From Phoronis australis (taxonomy: Eukaryota > Animalia > Phoronida): 64,000 nucleotides of DNA. Both the position numbers and the translations under genes were made by a program. Shown one piece after another: positions 46,326 through 58,300 of this stretch. Location: assembly GCA_002633005.1 (NCBI GenBank), contig NMRA01000211.1, positions 226,262 to 290,261 of the forward strand, read 5' to 3'. The notes beneath the pieces were generated by a model. That model did not search any database. It worked only from the letters and a program-made list of their open reading frames with translations, and was not told the origin of the DNA. The stretch's first letter is position 1; every line of letters starts with the position of its first letter.

Positions 46326-49300
46326 CTAGGATAAAGGTTTATTAACCAATCAACACGAAGGGGAGAAATACTGCACACTTGATCAAAAAACAACTTTTGA
46401 CCAAGTAGTGTGGAATAACAAAAACATATTGATTAATAGGAGGACTGTATTCTTTAATAGTTTCTTTGAGGCTGGTATTATTTTTGTGAAGGATCTTTTG
46501 AATTTTGAAAATAAATTTCTGACATGGGAGGTTTCGAAAAAATAGNATATAAGCTTTCAAATTGGATTCATTATGTTGCTTTGAGACGTGCGATTAAGTT
46601 GAAAGCTGATCCTTTGATTTCAAAATGCATACATCCCCAGTCAAGCATAATTACCAATATGTTTTCTAGAAATATTTTGCTTTCCAAAATTGTTTCGCCT
46701 CCTGATACAGGGTACAGCTTAACTGATATTTACTCTAGACAACAAATTAATATGTTCTTCCACACAAACTCTTGTTACCTCCTTATGTTAAAACCTTTAA
46801 ATATTTCTATATTCATAGAAAAACGTTTACAAAACTTAATTTGAAAAAGATGAACTTAGTAAGTGATGACAAGTGTGCATCTTGTGGAACTGTTGAGACA
46901 TTTAACCATATGTTTGCTGAATGTGGTTCTGTGAAAACTTTGTGGTGTGAAATTCAGAAAATTTTAATTTACGTAACTACACAACGCGATTTAATCTTAG
47001 AATAACAATGTTATTTTGACAGCATATTTTGGATGTAATTTTGAAGATATCAATACCATATTAACTACTTGCCAGTATTTCATTCATAAATGTTCTAGAG
47101 ACCAGATTATTCCTAGATATTCACAATTTCAATGTTTCTTGCATAACTATTGTAAAGTAAGAAATATACAACCCTGTAAAACTGCCTTTAGGGAAACCCT
47201 CAATACTTATTTAGATTAGATCAAGCGTGAAGTTTTATTATTTAGATATGTGCATATGTGTGTGCCTGTGTTTCACTTGCATATATCTCATTGTCCTATA
47301 TCTTAGTGTATTTAGAAATAAAATGTTAATATGAAAAAAAACTTAAAAAATAAAAAAACAATTCGAAACTATTCGCCATTTGAAAACCTGGACTAGGGAA
47401 CATCTAAATTCTGACAGAAGTTCACAAATTAATATTCAACTGCAGAGCTCCAATCATTGTTATCAGCAATGCTCTTTCAATGACTTTGCTATAATGAACC
47501 AAGCAGAAACAACAAGGGAGCTGAAAATTAGTGATCAAATCATAACATATTTCTTAATTCCCAATCTTCCTCCATTTCTACTATACGCAAAGCTCTAAGT
47601 AAGTAACAAGTTGGTAAATAATCTGTTTTGAATTTGCGTACTTTTGATTGGTCTTGCATACTTGTGTATTACAAACCAAATTTTCATACAAATATCCATT
47701 TTTCGCGTATGGTACACAGGTCTGACAGACTCGAAAAAAAAATTGCCACTAGGTGATGCAAAATACGTAAAAACCATCTGAAAAAAGACGACAGCATCAT
47801 CACTCAATATATATACCTATTTACCAAAAATCCCATGGAAATCTGCCAAGGAACTATGAAAATACAGAGGCAAATAAAACAAACAAAAATTGGTATTTTG
47901 GGCACACCAGCAGTTGGATCCATCCCAAAATTTGCCTATGCCATCCCATCCATGATAGGGAAACATCTGCAAAGTTTCACAAACCTCCATCATAAGGTTT
48001 TGGAAATACAGCAGTGGACACTGGACAGATGAGGATGACAGCATAATGCGACATATAAACATGGACCGCTGATGAAATGATGCAGGCGGGGATATTGTTT
48101 GGCCTAAAACTAATTATGTCACTGCCAAAATAGTAAAACCACTTAAAATGATCATTTTCTAAATGAAGTATATATACTAGCTCACCGGGTGCTGAGTACG
48201 GCATCATCACTCATCTTTTACAAGAAATGTACTACTTTTAGCTGTTTTAAATCTGTGTTCCGCCAAAAAATGAACTCTTGATTTGAACTTCTTGCGGCTA
48301 CAGAAGTGGTCTCAACATGGTCCTTACTCAGATGTGAATTAGGTTGTGGGCAAGGGCAGAACGGACGGCTCATTATTGGAAGACAACACGCTGAATTCAT
48401 AAAAAGAACTGCCAGGACAAGTCAGTTTGTTGAGCATTCCCTCAAACAACCACAAACTGTCAATAATTTTCCAAGCCGAGAAATCAACCTCAATTTGAGT
48501 CAGGAACAAGTTGATATCAGTTTCGTAAGTGTGAGTTTGATGGAGAGCTGGCTTATAGCAGCTTTGACATCTAGTTCCAAACTAACTGCAACTTCAAAAT
48601 CTCGATGTTGCCATCAACCTTTCCCGGAGAGCAAGAGTCAGCATATACACAAAGGATTTGATTATTATGAGTAGCACTGCTAACAGACAATCTGTGGTGA
48701 CCACTGCAGTTCAGGGTATTTCAGTCAGAAAGAAGTTCAGCTAAATAAATCGCAAAAATTAGTGAACAGGTAGGTAGCATCTACCCAGCTTAGCACCAGA
48801 TCACCCGCGTGACACTTTCTGGATTCTGGGTTAGAGACCTTGTATCCCGCATTGATTTTCGCAACCACAAAAAGGACAATTGTCTCTACGCAGTGGAGAC
48901 TCAAGAGGGTGTAAAATAATCTCATACGAAAAAACAAAGAATTCGTCCTTACCTGATCCCATTTTGAGCCTCTCGGTGATAACACAACCAGCCGTAAGCA
49001 GCACAGCAGACCAGTTGTCGCAATACTCTTTTGAGTTGTGAGAGATGAATACTCTGACACCACGTAGCAAGCTCCCCCTGTTGTGCCATTCCATCAACTG
49101 ACAACGCTCTATGCTAACACCCGCCGGCAAGATATAGTTCTTGTAGTCTTGCCTCTTTTTCTGTAATTAAAATTGTGAAGATTTTATATCAATCTCAGCC
49201 ACTGTCATAAAAAGCATGGTTTATGAAAACACACAATCTATTGCAAAATTAAATCCACATGCATCATCTTTGAAAATAGTCGTCTTGGCGTGCAACATGT

Positions 49301-52300
49301 TTGTTTTTTAATACTACCAGCTAGCATTCATAATCACAAATGATAAAAGATTTGGAGTTCATAGATTGCTTCAGTAGCACACGCACACCCACACTGAAAC
49401 CAACTGTACTGACAGTGTGTTGCTCATGCTGACGAAAGCACTGTATGCAACAATTCCTTTTTTTAAGTTTGGATTATGAAGACAGCATTTTATATTACCC
49501 CCAAAATTGCAATGTTCAAACACGAAGAAACCACATCAGCACAGAAGGAATGACAAGTTATTAGAATGCTAACATGCCATATTAAAAAACAATAACAAAG
49601 GGTACCACAGACAGCACTGCATGGGAAACTAAAATATAAATTGCTTAAAAATGACTTGCTACATGCAGTATGGGTTATGGGTTGTCAAAAACTGGTATTG
49701 CGCGAAATAAAAGTGTGCAGGCATTGAAATTACATTGCCTGTTTATGTGTCATGTACAGTGTTGTAGTTAGGGTGTGAATGTGCGCAAGTCAACTTGGTA
49801 GCAGGTGTGAAATGAAGATGGACGAAGAGCTATAGTTACTTCGTAGTTCAAACAATTGACATCATCAGGACCGAACCTCTGAGTTTTGCATACTTTTCAA
49901 AGATCCATGAAAAGACACAGGCCTTACCAACTTGCAACTGTCCATGATCCAACAGTGAGAAACGCATGGTACGTTGGCAGCCAGACAATGCAAGTATTTC
50001 ATCGTCCTTTGGTAAGTGTCTGAGATGAGAAAACACTTCTTATAAGGCACCTGAAATGAATTGAGGTTTTAATGTTTACAATTTGAGTAAAATCAAGGAA
50101 CGTGTTCAGTTCCATGTGACTCGAGTTATACTAAACAGTAGACGCTGATTAAAACTTCCATGAAACTGCCTTTTGTGAAAAACTAACTTTTCAATTAGTT
50201 CACTTACTATGACAAAATTTATCTAAAATTGTTCCTTACTCAGCTTGGAAGTTGTTTCGGCGAATAGACAGAACTGACTGTCATCATTGCTTGTAAACAG
50301 GCCAAGTAGGTGCCAACCCCAGCTTCAAGCAATAACGAACTGTCAGATCTCCCAAGCCAAAAAGTCACTCATCTGCAGAGCCAGAAACAAGCTAAGACCA
50401 GCTTTACACATAAGTGGCCAAAATAAAAATAGTCTTTCTTAGCTGAGTGTTGGCTCACAACAGCTTTAAATAGATAATTTTAAAAGCACAAAGAACGATC
50501 ACTTGTCTGTAGCTACAACTGAATTAATAAGACAGTGTAAACACCAAGAGAGTATGCAAAACACGTCGGAAAAACAAAGTTTCAGTGACTGCATATACGG
50601 TAATACTTGCTTTAATTTTACGGTGACTAGACTGGTCCACGTAATGTTTTTAAGAGCCACAATTGCAGCTGTCTTTTCCAAAATTGTTGCAGACCTTCGT
50701 TTCAAGTACCATCAAATTGCAGTTGTCTCCAGCTGCTGTACACAATGTGTTGCAACTTCTTGCACAAAATTGGCCTGTTGTATTATACAATGGTAAAAAG
50801 GCTGCGACTGTGACTCGTACAACATCATGCGACTTCACCATATTCATACATGGCAGTAGAATACAATACAATGTAATATTGTCAAGTATTACCACATTAC
50901 TACCTCATCTAAACAATGATTATTGACTGGAAAATAAGGCCGTCCTCAACTGAACTGTCCTCTTTCACGATGGAAGAAAAACACATTGCATGACTGAACA
51001 ACTTTTTGAAATGTCATTCACTTCTTAAAGGTTGATTTACAATAAGGGAAGACCAATATAAGCACATGCAGTGCAGACATTTGCCTTTAGCCAATTTCTT
51101 GGATCAGCATTGTGACTCAAAAAACAGTGCTACAAGTTTGCCTGCATAACAATAATGAACTACACTGTAGTTGGGATGAGATAATGACTTCCACATTTTC
51201 ATGTGAAGAAACAGGACAAGTGCTTGAAACACCTGTTGCCCTGTGGGCAAATATCTTATAATGGGAGTGGTGCTCTGTTGTTTCAGGACGAGGCTACTCG
51301 GAGTAAACACTAGATAATATAACAATACATGCATATATTCTGTCTATTATATGCCTTTCAAAAATCCAGCGGGAAACCACTCCAACCTGAATATCTGTGA
51401 ACTTGTCAACCACCATGCCACCGCCAGCGATCAGCTGAGCTCTCAAGTGGTCCTTGTCAAATGAAGGCTTGCTCTCTTCCTCTATGCAAAAGAATATTAA
51501 TATAAATGAATTATACATGACAAAACTTAAATCATGATTGATTAGTTTTTGAATAATTCAACATTTGTCTTACAGATTACATTGTGCAATCAAATAACAA
51601 CAAGCAACCTTTTAACATTAAGCAAAAAGAAATGTTTAATATCACACTGAATCAAAAACACAATAATGACATTGCAAAGTTTAATACAAATAAGAAAGTG
51701 TAGGATGAACTTTCTTACTAAGGACACTAAAATGGTTCACAAAGAATTTCCATAATTTTAGACACCACAACTCGACTAGTTCACTTCCCAATGTTCTGTT
51801 CTCATGCGTTCAAAATTTAAGAGCACCGAAAAAGTTTTTTATACATACCATCAGACATACTGTCATCAGTAGATGAGTCAAGTGCTTGGATTAGCATTCT
51901 CCTCTCGCGTTTTCGTTCCTCATCTGTCTTCACTGCATGTGTTAACAGGAAATACAAGCCTTTGAAGACCTTGTTGCTTGGGATGGGTCCCCGCTCATCA
52001 AACTGGAGTGTCGTGGCAACCGTCTGTGGCTTCCTAAGTGACCTCGTTTTCACCTCTGATGGTGACGAGCCGCTGGTAGAAGCTAATGGGAGAGGAAATA
52101 CAACATTATGCTTGCAGGTACAAGTGAGAACTTAGCAACAAACAGTAACTCCATCTCGTGTTCAGGCAGGGAACTGGCACATTTCCAGTGACACTGTCTA
52201 CTACCTAACAGATCTAATCTATTCAGGCTCATCACTGGTCATAAAAGTGACAGTGAGTAACTTAGCAAAGAAGGCACAGATTGGTCCCCTAATCACAATA

Positions 52301-55300
52301 AATGTCTTACTTTTAATGCCATGTTGATGTCTGCTGAGTAACAGCGACACATTTATAATCTCATTGTCCACATATACTATCCTGGTGTGAGTTCACAGTA
52401 AATATACAGCACTGATGCAGCACCAAATAAGAAAGTCGATACAGCGAGGAACTATACAGTATTTTCAGCTTGCACAAAGTTGACTGCACGCTAGAGTCTG
52501 GAACGAGGCTAATTCTCAGTTGGATGACAGCCATATTGTTTTCATCATGTAAAATAATAACAGGTGGACTCCAACACATTAAGTTTAGATTTCAGCAATT
52601 ACAATTTTGACAGTTCCTCATCGGATGTTTTACCAAAGGTTGCATGTCTGATTGGATCAAAGAAGGATGTAAGGACATGTTTGCAAAAGTGACATTGGAT
52701 TTTTGCACAAGTGACACAACTGCTACAGACAGTTCACATTCAAGCCAGACACCTCGACGACCCCATGCTGGACTGAACGTCAGACTCATTCCCCTTTGAA
52801 AAACATTAAAATCACACGAAATTCGCCTCACCTGGTCCAAAAATGTCCCTCAAGATTAATATCACTTTATCTCATGCATAACATCGACATCAAAAGTTTT
52901 TTTTGCCAATAGTTGGATACACCGTGCCCACACTTTGAGAACCAGTTTGATGCCAGTTAATTTAGTGAAGAAAACTCATTCAGTCTAAAAATGTGGGAGC
53001 ATTATACGTGGGTATTTATCATTCTTAACTGAAGAATAGCCTACACTTCATCTGCGACTTTACCAAATTCAGTCAAGTTATGGCAAGAAGAGCAAGATCT
53101 GGTTTGGCTTACTACAAGTGTAGCGTGATCACATAACATTCAGCAAGCAAAGTCATTCATGGGATTCCTCGGTTTACTACTTGACATCCCTTCTACTCAG
53201 GCCAGTCCAGTTCCAAGAAAAACGCTGATGGTTGGTCTACACAGCAGAGTATAAGGCAACGCTTTGATATCAGCAGAAAGACTATTTTTTGATAATTTTG
53301 CCATGAAGTGATGAAGAGTGGTGACCAGGGGAGGCATGGAGTTGGTGGTGATGGTGGTGGGGGAGGGAGATTTTTCCTCACTCAAAAAATCCCCTATCAA
53401 ACGGCACAACCAACTTTACCCGCAGGTGAGGGAAGGCCCTGCAAGCAGAATGCCCACCTTCCTAAATCATGTCCATGAATTGTTCGCCAATAAAAACTGA
53501 AGAAACGACCTTGTTGTCTAAGATCAGACATACCATCTTCAACATTACAAGGGCCCCGAAGCTCAAAAATTACATTAAGTCTGAACAACAAAACATACAA
53601 GTGAAGATCAAATTTATAGTGGTGTATGGTCTAACTTGACCGTAACATCACTTGAGGTAGGTAATCTGAGACTCGCAACTCCACACCTGCACTAGATAGA
53701 TCTGGACTACATTCTTACAGTAGCCAGGTTGCATGCTGTTTGCATACTACAAAAATCTAAGGTCACAATTTTGAAATCCAGCCTTTGCGAAATAGTACCG
53801 AGACGCAAAGTTTGTGCCTCACTGCTTCCTTACTTAAAGAGTGAATATAAACCCACATTACAAATGCAAACTTTTGATTGAAACCAATTTCTGCCGTAAA
53901 ATTGGATTCAACTTGTTCTTTACTCAGATGAGATGTAATTATTGGGTTTCCAAAGAACTGCCAGTTTTGTTATTCTTTAAGACCATGCTCAGTGAACAAA
54001 ATGACCCGCCGTGACAAGTCAACCTGTAGAGTTTGATCTCATATCTGCCAGTTCTATTAAAGCTGTGAAATCATCTCTAATTTGACTAAGAAACAATTCA
54101 AGGCCAATTTCATAATGACAACCGTTTAAATCAAAAGTTGGAATTTGTTATGGAAGGGGGGTTACGTTTTCATGTTTTATTCGACGAGCGACTCAATGTT
54201 TTGACAAAGCACTTTTCAGCAACTGCAAACCATTAAACATTATAAATCCATTCTGTGTGATTGGGATGTTAAAAATCTTCGTTATTTGTTGGCAATACAA
54301 CAGCTTTGGCAATGCAGTATCAAGTCAGTTATGACATAGTAAAATCCGATGTCTGGAGAAAACAGCACTGTGTACCTGACTTTCTATGTTGCTTCTTCTT
54401 GTCTTTGGGGGTGGGGGTGCTCGTGGCTGTGGGCGTCAACTCACACAGTCGGGGCCTCTTCCTCGGTCTACGGCTACTCTCCACCAGATTGTCTACAGAC
54501 AAAGCGGACAATCACGTACTGTGGCTTTAACCTCTAAGTGGCCAAAGCCCATTCCAAAGTTTAGCTTCTGTTGAATCAGATAGCCATACGACCAAACTGT
54601 GGCTTTAACAATTTTTAAAATTGAGCATGTAAAACTGATACTAAACGTTTGACCAGTTGACAAACACGCGTCAGTTATACTGCACCTTTGACATTGTTTT
54701 ATTCGTGAATTCAAAACTGGTTTATAATTTGAATATCTCCTTTTTTCCTTGCACATAGTTACAATTGGTGCAACAGGGTTAAAAGTAGAGAAATTTGTGA
54801 AAACAATTATTTAGATCTAGTTCAAAGGGCTATGGTCACTTAATGGAGTTCCAGAATAGTTTTATATCTGTTATTCTATGGAGAAAACTGGTTCTCGAAA
54901 TGAAATTACTCAGCTGCACTGTTTTAGAAATCCTAGGGTTCAAAACATTTTGGCTACTCTAAGCCCATTACTGAAACGTGAATTAATAAGTCTTAGAGTA
55001 AATGACATAGCACATATTATCCAGAGATTTATTCCCAGTTATTTAATAGCTATTTTCCGGCATAGTGCTAACAGTGACATACGCCTCGTCACTAGATGGG
55101 ACTAGATGGTGATAAACTAGTGTTCTGCAATCTTGTGGATACCAAATGCTGTTTTTATATTTGTATGCTAACTGCCAAAATGCCAGTTGTGAAGTGGGAT
55201 AAGCAAATGATTTGCACAAATAAGTGCAATGTCCCAAAATCTGCATGAATGGAAGAAACTGTTTCTCGAGCTTGTCAACCTGGCCTGTCTTGCACACTAG

Positions 55301-58300
55301 AATTACAAATTAAGTCAAGTGAAAGAGTTTTTGAAGTTTAAAAATCTTAAAGCATTGTATGAAGAATGTTTTCTATCACAAATTACTGAATGGTTATTCA
55401 AACAGTTCACAATTGGACTACATTTCTACTCACTTCTTTATCTGTAAAACTGATAACCCCAAAACGAACACTCTCCTGACCATGACAGTATTTGTTTTCC
55501 TAGTAATAACCATACCTTACATTTTAGAAAATTATACAAAATAATTAAGTATACGTTTATAATATTCCCAGAATCCCCTGTTGCATTTCCCCTCACATAC
55601 CAAGACTGATGTTGGCACCACCAGTAGATGCTGACAGTGGTATATGGAGAATATCTGCTGCCTGGTCTGCTGTCAGAATAACATCTTTCCTTGGAAACCT
55701 AAATAGCAATACTCAGTAAGTTACGAATTCCACGGAAATTCATTGTTGAGGAGCTGAATATGAGATAAATCTGAACTTTCGTGCAGGTACTGCACATTTC
55801 TGCTTCAATGCCATCTTCAACCCATAGTTTCATCAACAGAATGGCAGTATAGAAAGATACAATACATCAACTATCACATACACAGTCACAAATCTCTTAA
55901 AAAGACTCGCACAGTCCTAATTAAGTCAAGACGAAATCCCAAACTTTGAACTTTAAGATAAACAGTAGGTGGAGATGAGTGTTTGCAATAAAACAACCAC
56001 TCTTTTTTAACTCATTCGACCCTGAGCACCATATGGAATAAATTGCTTAGTGGCCTGGCTGGGCTGTGGAATGTCTACCCCCTTGAAGTCGGAGGGTATT
56101 TCACTCAGAACTAGGTCACAAGCACTGCACATAATTAAAACATCATCACTCAGTCATTAGTGAACATATACTTACCAATTTTTCAGCAATACATCTTGAG
56201 TAAATGAGCTTCATGTTGATATAAAATTTATCCAAGTTCAATATCGATAAAGGGTTGAACAAGTAGTTTTACTTTTTGTTTTCCAAAAACAAAAACATTT
56301 GTTTACAAATAATCAATTTAAATTTCCAGAAAACCTGTCAAGAAAGTTTTCTGTGTAGCATATCCTCATCATAAAGTAGATCACTGAAATATGTATCTAA
56401 ATCTGACCACTCAGTTCCATCAGTATCCACACTATCATATTCATATTGACTGAAGTCTATATCTAAATGTGACCAGTGTCATCAGTATCCACACTATCTT
56501 CCATAATAAAAACTTCAAGAACTGTGAGAGAGCAGCAGAGATGACGTCCGTATAATATCAAGGCAGCAATTTCAAGTGAGTGTGTGCACAGTGCAAGTCA
56601 CAGAGTAGAATGTTCCTAGTAATTGAACATTTTGTTATTGTTTCTGGTCAGTTCAAATAAAATAAACAGGAGCACCCTAGCAGATGATTAAGTGGTGACA
56701 GCAGTGTTATGTAACACTAATTAGGCTACAATTCAGGGCAGTTAGCTTCATTCTAGTCTTCAAATCAAACAAACATACTATATTTCAGGGAAGAATATCT
56801 TTATGACCTTTCAAAAGTTACCACAACAACCACTACAAAGTTAGCACGCTTCCTGGTTTTTCCTTGAATTCATAATTTGCTTGTGAAGAAATGGTTCTAA
56901 ATTCCAGAAATAACAGCCAATAGGCATTAACTTCACAAACAAGAAGTTAACACAGAGTATGGTGTCTCAATCCTCATTGGATAGAAAACTGGGAATACCC
57001 TAGATATATTTAAACTCAAACCAATACATTGCTGCCTTCTATCCCTCCTGAAGGCGTGATCCGCCTGTGAGATACATTCTTAGATAATGCCTCCAGACGG
57101 CATCAGGCCCTGAGTGAAAATAAACAGTCACGCCATAAAGCAGGACCAGGGAGGAATGAGTTAAAACAGAAAACTTATGTGTGTGTTAGATGAACATGGG
57201 TGTTAACCTTGTATGATAAGTACACGTTATAAAATAACTTGTTGACGGATATTATCATTCATACAGGTGAATAACAAGATGTGAAAAAATTATTTATCAC
57301 AACTCCTGGAACTTACTGTAAAAATAATTTTCCCTGACTTTGCAAAGCCACCTGGCTCCTTCTACTGGGGTTTGATGAATGACTGGTTCCCATGAAAATT
57401 TCATTGCCCACAGATGCTGTTCCCAGACACTTGAAATGCCCTGGACTCTGAGTAACACTACTTAAAACTGACCCCTCCGTGTCTTATCCCAGGCTGCCTC
57501 TTAGGCACCTTGCTCCACAATGACGGGAAGATTATTTTACAGCAAGTTCCAGTAGTTGCGATTACTAATTGTTTCACATCTCGTTACTCATCTGTATGAA
57601 TAATAATGTCCATCAACAAATTATTTCATAATGTGTGGTTAGTGTACTAGGTTAACACCCAATGTTCAGCACACTCACAATTTTTGTTTAAATGCCTGTG
57701 CTTGGCTTTACGTCTACCTCCACTTTATACAATCAAACCTTTTCTTGAAAGCACCCGTGTAAACACCTGTCTCTAGTGACTTCTAGCTACCAAACTGTAG
57801 GATCAACCTGGCGAGAGTTACAGTGGCAACATGCCGACAGTATCCTATATTTATTAGTTGACTTTTGCATGTAAGTATAGCACGTTAAGCTGAATCGACA
57901 GTTCGTCAGCACCTACTTCAGACAAAAAATCCTTTTTATACCTAAGCACAGATTAACACCCACTCCCTGATTCTTGAATTCCCCAACTGAAACCCCCTGG
58001 GCATAAACTCAGACAAGTAGGAACACAAACCCACTGTATATATTAATAAATAGAAATAAAGGGTTCCATCCCAAAACATGAACCAAAACAATGGTTTTGA
58101 AGATGGCGCTGCGTGTACTTCAGCAATTTAATGTTGCATTGGGTTATGAAATATTTATGAATCTGCTGAATACAGCTTCAGAGCTTCCCCAAGTACTCTT
58201 TCTTTGTTCACAGAATATAAAGACATCTGGACCAGGTTGGCAAAAATTATAAACAAAAATTGTACGTTGGTATCCATGTCTTCCATGTACAAAAAAATCA

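Noticed and set aside
48306-48674. 122-aa plus-strand ORF in a TP53BP1 intron
   Set aside because: No motif, no ATG start and no splice framework.
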